A stretch of DNA of 26,453 nucleotides from a virus (Duplodnaviria > Caudoviricetes): IMG/VR virus record IMGVR_UViG_3300037631_005788, positions 1 to 26,453 of that record; one strand, given 5' to 3'. A model generated the notes under the pieces. The model was not told the origin of the DNA. It ran no database searches and saw nothing but the letters and a program-made list of their open reading frames with translations. Within the stretch, counting starts at the first letter, position 1; each line of letters opens with the position of its first letter. A program made the position numbers and the translations under genes. Positions 1 through 11,049 of this stretch are shown here, one piece after another.

Positions 1-188
1 TCATCAAACCTTTTGAATCCTCGCTCTGCTTTTGTCATACCAACAAATGCACATATAGGATATTCACCCAGTTCAATCAATCTCTTGATTGATTTCTGCA
101 TATGAAAGTAAATCCTAGTATGCTTCGTATCTACTGGATTTCTATAGAAAGGATCTTCGACGTGAATAGCATCCATTAGACCATTCAT
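1..188 (-). CDS. 5' part of a hypothetical protein running off the window edge (MNGLMDAIHVEDPFYRNPVDTKHTRIYFHMQKSIKRLIELGEYPICAFVGMTKAERGFKRFD...)
   Basis: Hand-translated from ATG at 188; open to the edge; lies just downstream of the sigma70-like promoter at 227-255. Family not recognised. Confidence 0.65.
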   Translation of the reverse strand, partial: MNGLMDAIHVEDPFYRNPVDTKHTRIYFHMQKSIKRLIELGEYPICAFVGMTKAERGFKRFD

Positions 189-226
189 AATGTAGTTAGA
201 GCTAACTCTTCAACCTTAACAAAGGC

Positions 227-255
227 ACTCTAGCAAGAACAGAGCACCTTGTCAA
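227..255 (-). promoter_or_regulatory. sigma70-type (early) promoter
   Basis: Minus strand TTGACA (255-250), 17-nt spacer, TAGAGT (232-227) preceded by TGC (extended -10 TGn). Confidence 0.75.
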
Positions 256-263
256 GCCCCCTA

Positions 264-3200
264 TTAGTGCAGATCTACAAATGATCCACTTGCCTTCACT
301 TGCAATTTATTTGTAGTTATGTTATAAATGACTGAACCATCTGGAATACCACCAGCAGTATTCATTGTATTTCTGTTAGTAGTTGTCATTTGTGGGAAAG
401 CAATTGCTTCAAAATCAGAACTGTTTGCTGCTACAGTAACAATACCAACATAACTATCTTCACTGTTTGCTGTAGCAAGTCCAACTTTTAATCTGTTTTC
501 TGGTTTAGAGAAGAACAATCCACCAATAACTTGTGTTCCACTACCAGATGGTAATGTTGGATCAGACATAGTTGCATTACTAGTGGTATTGATCATAGTT
601 GTAATCGTTTGCTGTGATAATGAAGGAACAATCATAGGACTGTTACATGCTCCAAGATCAAATGCACTACGTGGAACGTATGTGTTGATTCCAACCTTAT
701 ATTCATGTTGCCATGAATATTCTGCTTCTGGTCTCCCTTTCTTAAGAGTTGGAACTGAAGGATCATTAATACTATGCACAAAAATGCATGATCCACCATC
801 ATCTCCAACAACTGACATATTACCCGTATGAGATAATTCGCCATATGATACTGGGCTGAGATTGCCTATGGTAGCCAGATTTCTTTCATCAGAAGGTAAG
901 ACGTTTGTACCAATACCTAATACTCCAGCATTACCATCATGAGCAACTATTACAGTATTACTTATACTTGCGGAACCCAATATAGTTAAGGTATCGCCTG
1001 CTGCATCTGTAAGAGTATCTTGTGCATCTGTGCCGATTGTTCCGCCAACTAATAAGGTTGCAATACCGACAGTAATCTTTAAATCATCAGAATTAATAAT
1101 TGATGAATTTAAAGTTGCAAATGTACTGACTCCAGTTGAATTAATATTGCCATCAATATTTGAATTAAATGGGACATTTGAACTTCCCAAAGTAACTTGA
1201 TTTGCACCAGAACCAATAGTCAATATTCCAGTAATCACAGCATCATTAGAAACCAAAAGATCTCCAACAACATCCAATTCTTTTGTTGGTGCTGGGTTAT
1301 TAATACCAACTAATTCATCATGAGTTATGTGTAATATTTCATTGCCACTAATTAAAACTTTAAAATTACTTGAAGTATTAATTCCACTTCCAGTTGCGAG
1401 ATCAATTGAAATATCTCCACCAGAATCCTTATTTGATATGTTAAAATTAGTTCCATCATAATTGATAGTTGAACTATCATCAGTATTTCCAATGTCACTT
1501 GCGAAAACAATTTTACTATTTCCAGTTTCTGAAATTAATTCTAGATCAGCATCATTATACTTTACAACCTGAATAGCAGATGATGGTGCTGATGTTCCAA
1601 TACCAATACTTTGATCAGATGAAATGATGGTAAATGAAGTGCTTCCTGATCCAACAAATACGTTGTTAGTGATATCAACTGTGGATAAAGATAATCCAGC
1701 GCCAATAATAACTCTATCTTCTGCAGAATTTAAAACTAGTTCACCAGATCTAGTATCAATTGTATTTGCAACTGATCCAATTCTTATTTCATCAATAAAT
1801 GCCTGAGAAAATGCATTATTACTATCTCCAATAGGATGAGTTTTATCAGTATTTGGTAAGACCGAGTCACTGAATGTTACAACACCAACTGGAAAAAAGT
1901 TTGTAATTATAACACTACCATATGGTGCTGTTAATTCTAAATTCCCAGATTCTGCTCTAATTTCTTGGTCTGATCCAACACCAACTCTAATATTATCAAC
2001 ATAAAGTTCAGAATATCTAAGAGATGAAGAACCAAGAGGCACTGTTTGATCTACAGTTGGTGATAATGAAGTAATTGCATTTATATTGGTAACATTTAAT
2101 GATGTTAGTGTAGTAACACCCGTAACATTTAAATCATCCTGAACAATAACTGTTCCTTGAGTAGAATCAATTAATAAAGAACCTTCTCTAGTTGATATTT
2201 TATTAGAAGCAGCAGCACCCACTGTTACTTCATTTAAGAATGCTTCTGCAAATGCAGTTCCAACTGAACCGATACCACTAGATTTATCTGAACTTGGAGT
2301 AAATTCTGTATTAGTAGTAATAGTATCAATATTTAATGCTGTTAGTGTTGTAACACCTGTAACATTTAGATCATCTTGTATGATAACTGTTCCTTGAGTA
2401 GAATCTAAGATTAGAGATTCACTTCTAGTAGAAACTGTATTTGATGAAGCAGAACCAACTGTTATTTCTCCAATAAATCCCTGTGAGAAAGCATTATTAT
2501 TTGCTCCAAGAGCAGCATTTTTATCAGCATCAGGTGCTATAGATGTATCAACAACTATAGAAGAAGATGTTACGTCGCCTGTAACTGTAACATTACTACC
2601 AATATTTGCTGTTCCAGATACTATCAAGTTATCATCAATGGTGGTTGTTCCACCAGCAGAATCAATGATTAAATTGCCGGAAGTAGTATCAATTTCATTA
2701 TTATCGGTAATTCCAATTTGAATATTATCAATAGTTGCACCAGCACTTGCATCAATTGCTCCTGCAAAAGTTGATACTCCACTAGTTGTTAATTTCTGTA
2801 CTACAATTTCAGTTGCAGTGATGTCTGTAATTGTAGAGATACCAATTGTTGCATCTGATGCAGATACACTAGTTAGTGTCGATACACCAAGAATAGATGA
2901 ATGTCGAGAAACTTGAAAATCACCAACTACTGTTGCACCAACTCCAGTAGTTTCAAATCTCTTAGTATTATCGTAATATAGTGCAGCAGATCCATCAATG
3001 TTAAAATCTGCCATAGATTCCGAAGAACCATTTTTAATAAACACTCCACCATCAGATGATGAAATATTTAAATTGCCAGTTCCAGTATCGCTAATATATG
3101 AATTGCTTCCATCATGATATATTTGTAAATCTTCATCGGTTCCGATATATATCTTCTTATCATCAATTAAATATACACTTCCGGCAAGTCCAACATTACC

Positions 3201-3956
3201 AATAAAAGTAGAGACTCCAAGTGTAGTCACACCAATAACATTTAAGTTATTAGATACTGTTGTATCGGTTGCCGATAATGTGGTAATAGTTCCTGTGGTG
3301 GAATTAATGGTGGCAATAGTGCCAACACCACTAATAACGAGATTTGTTGCCCCAATCTCATCTAATCCAGAAAAAGATGATGGAAGTCTTTCACTATCTA
3401 AATTTCCTGATGTAATATTATCTGCTGTAATTCCAGTAATACCTAAACCAGAACCAATAAATGATGATGCAGTTATAATACCAGTCGTTCTAATATTTCC
3501 TCGTGTGGAATCAATTCCAACACCAAAATGAAGAGGATTATCTGGATTTCCACCAACTTGGAAAGTTTGTATTGGATTTGTGGTCCCCACACCAACCGGA
3601 CCAACATTGTAGATACTGGTATATCCAAGACCAGGATCCACATCAACCCATTGTGATGTTGGAAGATTTTCTAGGAATGTAGCATCTCCTATAAAAGTAG
3701 TTGCACTTATAATACCATTTTGTGCGGATATTGTAATCCCAGTTCCAATATGAATTTCATCTGCAAAAGTTGATATACCAGAAACAAATAAATTGCTGGT
3801 AGTTACAATTCCAGTAACATCAATCTTTCCACGAACATCTAGATCTGCTCGTGGAATTGTTGTGCCAATACCAACCAGATTGCCCCTGACGATCAGATCA
3901 TCAACATCAACCTGAACACCATTCCTAAAGTTAAATGACTTATTATAATTGGGCAT
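264..3956 (-). CDS. tail-fibre-like virion structural protein, 1230 aa
   Basis: G/S/T/I/V-rich with VGIGTT and GVST/GITT motifs, a DLQIYHDGSNSYI module, ~79-aa internal repeats and a C-terminal PQMTTTNR...IYNITTNKLQV module typical of phage fibres; late motif upstream. Confidence 0.8.
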   Translation of the reverse strand: MPNYNKSFNFRNGVQVDVDDLIVRGNLVGIGTTIPRADLDVRGKIDVTGIVTTSNLFVSGISTFADEIHIGTGITISAQNGIISATTFIGDATFLENLPTSQWVDVDPGLGYTSIYNVGPVGVGTTNPIQTFQVGGNPDNPLHFGVGIDSTRGNIRTTGIITASSFIGSGLGITGITADNITSGNLDSERLPSSFSGLDEIGATNLVISGVGTIATINSTTGTITTLSATDTTVSNNLNVIGVTTLGVSTFIGNVGLAGSVYLIDDKKIYIGTDEDLQIYHDGSNSYISDTGTGNLNISSSDGGVFIKNGSSESMADFNIDGSAALYYDNTKRFETTGVGATVVGDFQVSRHSSILGVSTLTSVSASDATIGISTITDITATEIVVQKLTTSGVSTFAGAIDASAGATIDNIQIGITDNNEIDTTSGNLIIDSAGGTTTIDDNLIVSGTANIGSNVTVTGDVTSSSIVVDTSIAPDADKNAALGANNNAFSQGFIGEITVGSASSNTVSTRSESLILDSTQGTVIIQDDLNVTGVTTLTALNIDTITTNTEFTPSSDKSSGIGSVGTAFAEAFLNEVTVGAAASNKISTREGSLLIDSTQGTVIVQDDLNVTGVTTLTSLNVTNINAITSLSPTVDQTVPLGSSSLRYSELYVDNIRVGVGSDQEIRAESGNLELTAPYGSVIITNFFPVGVVTFSDSVLPNTDKTHPIGDSNNAFSQAFIDEIRIGSVANTIDTRSGELVLNSAEDRVIIGAGLSLSTVDITNNVFVGSGSTSFTIISSDQSIGIGTSAPSSAIQVVKYNDADLELISETGNSKIVFASDIGNTDDSSTINYDGTNFNISNKDSGGDISIDLATGSGINTSSNFKVLISGNEILHITHDELVGINNPAPTKELDVVGDLLVSNDAVITGILTIGSGANQVTLGSSNVPFNSNIDGNINSTGVSTFATLNSSIINSDDLKITVGIATLLVGGTIGTDAQDTLTDAAGDTLTILGSASISNTVIVAHDGNAGVLGIGTNVLPSDERNLATIGNLSPVSYGELSHTGNMSVVGDDGGSCIFVHSINDPSVPTLKKGRPEAEYSWQHEYKVGINTYVPRSAFDLGACNSPMIVPSLSQQTITTMINTTSNATMSDPTLPSGSGTQVIGGLFFSKPENRLKVGLATANSEDSYVGIVTVAANSSDFEAIAFPQMTTTNRNTMNTAGGIPDGSVIYNITTNKLQVKASGSFVDLH
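2104..2405 (-). repeat. internal coding duplication, period 237 nt (79 aa)
   Basis: DSTQGTVI(I/V)QDDLNVTGVTTLT occurs twice; ccttgagtagaatc starts at 2155 and 2392. More diverged copies flank these. Confidence 0.85.
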
Positions 3957-3972
3957 TTCCCTTCTTTTTAGT

Positions 3973-3979
3973 TATTTAT
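3973..3979 (-). promoter_or_regulatory. T4-type late promoter motif ATAAATA
   Basis: tatttat on + strand in the 24-nt gap upstream of ATG 3956. Confidence 0.75.
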
Positions 3980-3980
3980 C

Positions 3981-6900
3981 TCATAATTTATTTTCTAGAT
4001 CTTTAACTTTCAGATTCAGTTCCTTAATTGCTTCAATGAGAAGTGGAATAAGTCTTTCATAACGAACTGCTTTATATCCATCATCCCTAGTAGTAACAAT
4101 ACCAGGTAATCCAAGTGCCTCAACTTCTTGTGCAATAACACCAGTATCAGCGCCATCATGTGAAGATGCTTCATTCCAATCATAGGTGTTTCCACTGATA
4201 CCCATAATCTTATTGAGAGGATTATCAATAACTTTAATGTTATTCTTTAATCTTTCATCAGATGAATGGAATGCAATGATATCACCACTAACTCTCAATT
4301 CGCCAGTAATGTAAGCACCCGCACTAATCGTTTGGATTCTTATACTATTGTTGTGGAATAGTTCTACTCCACCATCTTTGAAGCAGTTGATATATTTTTC
4401 ATTGCCAGTGAAAGAACTAAGTGTAAGGAAATTTTGTGCCCTTAAGAACAATCCACCAGTTCCCGAATCATCAATATATGAATTGGAACCATCATGGAAG
4501 AGGCGTAAATCATTACTATTACCAAACGTTGCTTGTTCGTTATCATTTAAATGTAATCCATTTGCAGTGATAGTGTCATTAACATTTAAAGCATTTTGAA
4601 TAGTAACAGCATCTAATGTTGTATTACCGTCAACATCAAAATTGCCATCAACGGTCATATTACCATTAACACCAACACCACCATCAACTTGTAGAGCACC
4701 AGTATTTGGATTTCCAATAGTGTTGCTAGTTGTATCAGTTATGCGTGTAACACCACCAATAGTAGTATTGCCGTTATCGGTATCAACAATAAACTGAGTT
4801 ACATTACTGCCATTTCTAATTGTAAAGTTCTCATTAGAACCTTGAACAAACAAACTGTCATTGATAATAGTTTGACCACCAACGGTAAAAGTACCCGCAA
4901 CTGTTCCACTTCCATCAACAGTCAGAGTATCAATCTTAGCAGTTCCATCAATGTAAAGATTTCTCCATTCTAAAGTAGATGCACCTAAATCTCTTGCACT
5001 ATCAGTAGAAGGAACTAGGTGACTATCAAACCTACCTGTAGCAGTAATAGTATCACCAGTTGCATTGCCAAGATTTACACTACCATTCAGATTAGTAGTG
5101 CCAGCAACAGTTAATGTTCCTGAAATATCAACATTATCATTGATGTCTATTGTTCCACCAGCAGAATTAAGAATCAGATTTCCAGTTGCAGTATCAATTC
5201 TATTATCATTATTTCCATTAGCAATTCTAATTTCACCGATGTGTGCTTCGGAGAATGGTCGTGCTGCTGTTCCAACATAGGCACCCTCATCAGCATCTGG
5301 GATGATGCCAACATTAACAGTGATAACATCACCGAATGAAGTAGTTCCATTTACATTGAATGTGCCAGTAACTATAAGATTGTCATCAATTGTAGTTGTT
5401 CCACCAGCAGAATCAATGATTAAATTACCGGTGCGAGTATCAATTTCACTGTCACCAGTATCGGCAATTCTAATATTACCAATATGTGCTTCAGAGAATC
5501 TTAGAGATGATGTTCCGAGATATGCACCCAGATTAACATCAGGAATGAATCCTGAAGTCGAATTTGTTTCACCAGTAATAGTGACACCTGTAGCAGATGT
5601 TTCTAATTTCTTATTATTATCATGATAAAGTTCTACTGATCCATCATCATTTACGACGATACTATCTTCACCATTTCTGGCTTGGATATAGATATTTGAA
5701 TTATCATTAGTGCCATCGTTTCTAAGGTATAAATCTCCAGTTTCATTATCAATGAAACCATTGGAACCATTATGATAAATTTCTAAATCACCATCAGCTC
5801 CAGCAGGGGGTGTTGATCCGAATAGTGCTTTTACACTATCCTCATGTCTTGTGTTTGACTTGAATGTAGTTAAACCAATAACGTTTAGATTGTTATCTAA
5901 AGTAGTATCAAGGTTTACACGGAAGTTATCTTCAATCCTAACTTCAGTTCCATATCCAACAGCACCAGCATCAGTATCATTCTCGTTTCTTACACCAAGA
6001 ATTAAATCACCAGTAATACCACGGATGGTTCTATCCGCTTCTTCAGTGCCACCTGCAACACCTTCAGTTCCGATACCAATACCTGCTGCCCAAACACCCG
6101 ACCATTCATGACCAAGTTTTCCTAAGAAGGCACCTTCTTTTACATCAGCAAATAATCCACTATTGAATTGAACACCACCAGTAAATCTGGCAGTTCCACC
6201 AACACCAAGATCTCCACAAATATTGACATTCTTTTGAACACCAATTCCACCTTGAGTTACAATTGCACCAGTTGTGCAAGAAGTTGATTGTGTATCATTC
6301 TTAGATATAAGTCGTCCTGTAAGAATTAAATTATCAGTTAGTTTTAATTCATCATTAATAATAACGTTCTCGTTAAAGGTAACAGGACCATCAAACTGAG
6401 ATAAGATTTGGTTAGAACTTCCACCTTCAACAAGAATTCTTTCTTTAACAATAACCTCGTCAAATACAACTGATAATCTGGAAGGATCCTGACCAGTGAT
6501 AGTTGGGATGGGAATATCAAATGTTTGTTGCTTACCCGAGGAAGCAGAATACTTAGTATTACCAATGAAGAAATCACCATCACTGTTCATACCAGTATAA
6601 ACAACCTGACCAGCAGATTTTTCTTGTGACTGAGCAAGGAAATCTTCTCTTTCACTAAGTGTTCTTACTTGAACTTGTGGAAGTGATGTTGAATAGTTAC
6701 CAGGACCATATCCAAGATACTCAAAGGTATGTCCAGAAGCACGAAGAATTGAAGGTCTGCGAAGTTCTGTTGCTAATGGTTTGATCTTTTTGACCATTGA
6801 GTTTTGAGAATGTTCTGCTTTCTGTGTGCCAAGATATGCACGAATCGCAGAAATCTCGTTAGTTCCAGAACCAGTAAGAGTGCTACTTGCAACTCTCATA

Positions 6901-9900
6901 ATTTCATTGTTAACCTGAATGAAACTACCAAGTGGGAATCTAGCAGTAGTTCCAACGCCAACAGTTCCTTGCTCAGAATATGTGGAGATTGCAAATGTAG
7001 ATACACCAGCAACGGAATCTGCTGTTACATTATTGACAAGAACACCAGATTGGTTATCATAGAATGTAATACTTCTAGATCCAAGATTCTCACCATCAGG
7101 ACCCGAAGAGAAATCATTAGCATTAAATCCATGCTTTAGAATACGACTTGCAGTAGAACCAACTTCATTTAAAACTGTGAAGGTTGTGATTGCAGCAGAA
7201 TCTTTAACGATAAAGTCGCCAAGATTATTATCAGAATTATCTAATACTCTAAAACGATTACCAGAAACTAAACCATGAGCAGTATTAGTTGTGATAGTTG
7301 TGATACCAGCAATGGTGTCATATACGCGAGTATTTACAGATGCTGAAGGTCCAACGTTAAATACAACTTGATTCTCAAAGATCTCTGGATCTCCAGTTGT
7401 TCTTGCAATAGCAATTTCATTTCTAGAAGGAATAGAAGAAATTCTATAAAGACCATCAGTTACAGTTCCAAGTCCAGTAACTTGAAGTGCATTATTAACC
7501 GGAGATGAAATATTTGAAGTATCAACAGTAATTGATGCACCAGAATATCCTAAGAAGAATAATGAATCCCCATTAGAATATCCAGAACCAGAAGATTCTA
7601 TTTCAACAGAGGAAATTGATCCACTCGATACTACAATATTTGCTGTTGCACCATTCCACGTTAGAAATGTATTTTCATTATAAAGTCTTATGTTGAAGTA
7701 TGAACCATCAACGAATCCACTACCAGCATTTAATGTATTATATCCAACAATACCATTGAATCCATGATCTAATTTAGTCGTAATTGTTGCAACACCAACG
7801 GAAGATGATGTTGTTGATTGAACTTCTGGAGTAATACCAAACTTTTTAACTAAGAGATCTGATGTCTCTCTAGTAATACTCTTTTTAAGATCATTAGTCT
7901 CAACTTCGCCAAGTGGGAATCTCTTAGCAAAAGATTTAGCAGAATTGGGATTATCTTCATGATTATCACGATCTAACTGTGGATATAAATCTACAACGTT
8001 TTGCTCATATTCATGGTCCGTAAATTCCTCAGAAATTTGATTGGATGCATTCAGAACATAGAGATGAAAAATACCATCCGAAACATTCTCTTGATAAGAT
8101 TGAATGGTATCTTTTCTATAAACATAGAAGTTTGTCTCTAAGTCATTTCTTTCAAATCTAGGAAGATTTGTATCTCTTGCTGTTGGACCAGAGAAAATAC
8201 CAACATTATGAGTAACACCATCTCTATCCAATATTGGATATGTGAAGGTCATTCTATCGAGAATATCTTCAACAACAAAATCACCATTATAACCAGTAAC
8301 ACCTAAACCTGCTAGGTTAGTTGATGATTTGATATTTTTAATTAAGACCCTATCACCAGAATTTAAATTATGTGGTTGTTCAGTAATAACAGTCACTGCG
8401 CCAGCAGATGATGTGCAAGTGCTAATAAAATGATTATTTCTCTTATACTTACTATCTTGACTTGTAATTGAAGATAATGTGAACTCTGAATCTGTCAGTG
8501 CTCCTGTTGTACTAGAGTCTTGGAAAATAAATCCTTCTTGTGGATCTTTTGCACCAATGGATTCTTTTGGAATTACATAGCGAACTTTATAAATCTTTTC
8601 ATCAATACTTCTATTATCAGCAATTCTCTTGAAGAACGTAACATCAGTTCTTGGTTCACCGAAACCAACTGTTCCTAAAGTATCAATTTGATTGTAAATT
8701 TCATTATTCTGATTTACATATAAGAACCAGTTATTGTTATTTGAGTCATATTGAATTGGAGATCCAATCTCACCAGAATCTCTTTCAGAAACTCTAGAAA
8801 GAATTCTTAGATTTGAACCACCATACAACTTCAATGGTAAAGAATTAGAAGCATTTGTTAACGATGATGCTATCTGAATTTGAGTAGCAGTTTGAGTTGT
8901 GATGACATAATAAGTTCTATTTGGTTCTAATCCTTCTGGAAGATCAGCATCATCACTAATAATAATTACTTTCTCACCAGTTCTTAAATTATGATTTGTA
9001 TTTAAAGTTAATGTATCGTAACTAGGAGACTGTGTGATTACACTTACAGTAAATTCTTTAGATGAAGAATTTGATCCAGTTGGTGAAAGTTGTGTGGATG
9101 ATACATCACTATCAGTCATCAAGATATCTGCTTCTACAATATCCTGTGATGCTCCAGCTGGCAAATCTAGATACAATTTATCATCTTTTCTTGCACCTAC
9201 TCTATAACCAGAGATTAGATTTGGTGGAATATTATCCTTAGTATCAAATCCAAAGAGGTATAAATGACTAGTAATACCAACAGATGTTGTTAAACCAACA
9301 TCAATCGAAATCCAATCAACATTTGTTTCTGTTGTTGGAATAGATCTTGGTGTAATTATTGATGTAATATATCCAGTATCATCTTTTACAAATGCTTCCT
9401 TCTTAAATCCATCAGCTACGAGAGATATTTGACCAAAGTTTGAGTTGGAGTTTGTGATCGATGCATCAGCACCAGATTCTGCAACAAAATGTCTATTGAA
9501 ACCAATAGCAAACACGGAAACAATTTGTAGAATTGAATCATTCTTAATTGTAACGTGACCACTTAACCATCCGTTTCTATAAACTGCCTGCTGATCTAAA
9601 TGATAAACAGTATCTGAATTAGTTGATGCAGAACCACTAGATAATTCGGATCCTGTTACCTTCTTAATACTAATACCATTATAAGTACGTGTGATTGGAT
9701 TATACTTAACAAACGCACGATCATCCTTCTGAAGTGAGACTGCTGTGAATTGAGCCACAACCATTGAACGGAAACCATCGGCTTTTCTGCCGTCGGCCAA
9801 CATTCCATTCATACCCCATACAGAACGTAAAGAGCAGTTAAAGATATATGGTGATGCACCCTTAACAGTATCGGTCTCAATGGTTATTGTACCTGATCCA

Positions 9901-11000
9901 GTAGGATCTGCAGGTAGGTCATTTCTTACAAATGGCAATAGATATGTAAATCTCTTTGGACCTGTTACAGAGGCGACAGTCGTTGAGATATTGTAATCGT
10001 CAATATTAACACCACGAATCTTAATCGGTGTTCCAACATTTAACTCATGATCTTCTACAGTTGTAACTGTAATTGTTGGTGCAGGAGTTGCACCATCTCC
10101 AGAGACAATATCCGAAATGGTAATCGGGTCAGCAGCAAATGCTCCAACAATTTCCCATTCTGGTCTTTCTTTTGCGAAAGCATCTGGAGCAAGTGGGAAT
10201 TTCTGTGCAGAAGGAATCTGCCTACCCGAACCTTCATTGAAGGCATTGGATAATTTTCCATAATACATGTCCAAGTCAGTTAAATCATAACCACCTGGAA
10301 CATTTACACCATCGGCATACTCAAAACAAGTGAGTTTATGGTGGGAGAATGTTGGTCTTGATAAGTTACCTGATCCACTAGTAAATACTCTATCATTTGT
10401 ATATACCAATCCAGTTTCATCAGCATCAAAGAAACTGAATTGCCAAAAATAACATAGACCTGTTACACGAAAAATTGCAGAGTATGGAACTGCATCATCT
10501 GTTGGGTTAGGTACATATTTTGGTCTAACTCTAGTCTTTCTTAAATCTAAACCAACAATAGAAGTACCACGAGGGATGATAACACCACCCTCAACACTAT
10601 TAAACTTATAAAGAATATTATCTTCTTGTGTTAAATCAAAATTCGATTCTAAATTTAAACTAAAAACGTCAGAAGCAGGAGATGTTGTATTACCGTTTGG
10701 TGCTACTGCTTCTGCCAATGCTGTTCCTGTTTGGCGAATACCAAAACCAGGTCTATTATCGATTACATGTTCGCCGGGAAATACAAGAACTGTAGTTCTT
10801 GCATTATTATCGTTATTATTACCAACTAAAAACGAAAATCTAGAAGCTTCAATTAATGCTCTTTGAATTGTTTTGAAGGGTTTTGTCAAGGAGTTGCCTT
10901 GATTAGTAATGCTATCAGTAGCATCAAGGTCATTCGAGTTTACATATAGAATTCTACCTTCATAGTTTTTGATAAAATTCTCTAGCTTATTGAGAGGCAT
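3981..11000 (-). CDS. very large tail fibre/virion structural protein with C-terminal peptidase S74 intramolecular chaperone, 2339 aa
   Basis: N-terminal ILYV...GNSLTKPFKTIQRA leading a probable beta-helix region; repeated HxLxxGxxV beta modules (HELNVGT, HNLRTGE, HNLNSGD, HGLVSGN); fibre repeats; C-terminal SSDERLKNNI...GVIAQEV...VRYERLIPLLIEAIKEL. Confidence 0.85.
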   Translation of the reverse strand: MPLNKLENFIKNYEGRILYVNSNDLDATDSITNQGNSLTKPFKTIQRALIEASRFSFLVGNNNDNNARTTVLVFPGEHVIDNRPGFGIRQTGTALAEAVAPNGNTTSPASDVFSLNLESNFDLTQEDNILYKFNSVEGGVIIPRGTSIVGLDLRKTRVRPKYVPNPTDDAVPYSAIFRVTGLCYFWQFSFFDADETGLVYTNDRVFTSGSGNLSRPTFSHHKLTCFEYADGVNVPGGYDLTDLDMYYGKLSNAFNEGSGRQIPSAQKFPLAPDAFAKERPEWEIVGAFAADPITISDIVSGDGATPAPTITVTTVEDHELNVGTPIKIRGVNIDDYNISTTVASVTGPKRFTYLLPFVRNDLPADPTGSGTITIETDTVKGASPYIFNCSLRSVWGMNGMLADGRKADGFRSMVVAQFTAVSLQKDDRAFVKYNPITRTYNGISIKKVTGSELSSGSASTNSDTVYHLDQQAVYRNGWLSGHVTIKNDSILQIVSVFAIGFNRHFVAESGADASITNSNSNFGQISLVADGFKKEAFVKDDTGYITSIITPRSIPTTETNVDWISIDVGLTTSVGITSHLYLFGFDTKDNIPPNLISGYRVGARKDDKLYLDLPAGASQDIVEADILMTDSDVSSTQLSPTGSNSSSKEFTVSVITQSPSYDTLTLNTNHNLRTGEKVIIISDDADLPEGLEPNRTYYVITTQTATQIQIASSLTNASNSLPLKLYGGSNLRILSRVSERDSGEIGSPIQYDSNNNNWFLYVNQNNEIYNQIDTLGTVGFGEPRTDVTFFKRIADNRSIDEKIYKVRYVIPKESIGAKDPQEGFIFQDSSTTGALTDSEFTLSSITSQDSKYKRNNHFISTCTSSAGAVTVITEQPHNLNSGDRVLIKNIKSSTNLAGLGVTGYNGDFVVEDILDRMTFTYPILDRDGVTHNVGIFSGPTARDTNLPRFERNDLETNFYVYRKDTIQSYQENVSDGIFHLYVLNASNQISEEFTDHEYEQNVVDLYPQLDRDNHEDNPNSAKSFAKRFPLGEVETNDLKKSITRETSDLLVKKFGITPEVQSTTSSSVGVATITTKLDHGFNGIVGYNTLNAGSGFVDGSYFNIRLYNENTFLTWNGATANIVVSSGSISSVEIESSGSGYSNGDSLFFLGYSGASITVDTSNISSPVNNALQVTGLGTVTDGLYRISSIPSRNEIAIARTTGDPEIFENQVVFNVGPSASVNTRVYDTIAGITTITTNTAHGLVSGNRFRVLDNSDNNLGDFIVKDSAAITTFTVLNEVGSTASRILKHGFNANDFSSGPDGENLGSRSITFYDNQSGVLVNNVTADSVAGVSTFAISTYSEQGTVGVGTTARFPLGSFIQVNNEIMRVASSTLTGSGTNEISAIRAYLGTQKAEHSQNSMVKKIKPLATELRRPSILRASGHTFEYLGYGPGNYSTSLPQVQVRTLSEREDFLAQSQEKSAGQVVYTGMNSDGDFFIGNTKYSASSGKQQTFDIPIPTITGQDPSRLSVVFDEVIVKERILVEGGSSNQILSQFDGPVTFNENVIINDELKLTDNLILTGRLISKNDTQSTSCTTGAIVTQGGIGVQKNVNICGDLGVGGTARFTGGVQFNSGLFADVKEGAFLGKLGHEWSGVWAAGIGIGTEGVAGGTEEADRTIRGITGDLILGVRNENDTDAGAVGYGTEVRIEDNFRVNLDTTLDNNLNVIGLTTFKSNTRHEDSVKALFGSTPPAGADGDLEIYHNGSNGFIDNETGDLYLRNDGTNDNSNIYIQARNGEDSIVVNDDGSVELYHDNNKKLETSATGVTITGETNSTSGFIPDVNLGAYLGTSSLRFSEAHIGNIRIADTGDSEIDTRTGNLIIDSAGGTTTIDDNLIVTGTFNVNGTTSFGDVITVNVGIIPDADEGAYVGTAARPFSEAHIGEIRIANGNNDNRIDTATGNLILNSAGGTIDINDNVDISGTLTVAGTTNLNGSVNLGNATGDTITATGRFDSHLVPSTDSARDLGASTLEWRNLYIDGTAKIDTLTVDGSGTVAGTFTVGGQTIINDSLFVQGSNENFTIRNGSNVTQFIVDTDNGNTTIGGVTRITDTTSNTIGNPNTGALQVDGGVGVNGNMTVDGNFDVDGNTTLDAVTIQNALNVNDTITANGLHLNDNEQATFGNSNDLRLFHDGSNSYIDDSGTGGLFLRAQNFLTLSSFTGNEKYINCFKDGGVELFHNNSIRIQTISAGAYITGELRVSGDIIAFHSSDERLKNNIKVIDNPLNKIMGISGNTYDWNEASSHDGADTGVIAQEVEALGLPGIVTTRDDGYKAVRYERLIPLLIEAIKELNLKVKDLENKL

Positions 11001-11033
11001 CGTATTATATTGACCAGAATATTTTCTATGATT

Positions 11034-11040
11034 TATTTAT
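11034..11040 (-). promoter_or_regulatory. T4-type late promoter motif ATAAATA
   Basis: tatttat in the intergenic gap upstream of ATG 11000. Confidence 0.75.
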
Positions 11041-11049
11041 CCTAGAAAA

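Noticed and set aside
2644-5426. Shared fibre repeats as a diversity-generating retroelement TR/VR pair or an invertible segment
   Set aside because: No reverse transcriptase or invertase in the window, repeats are direct and mid-gene, and mismatches are not adenine-specific.
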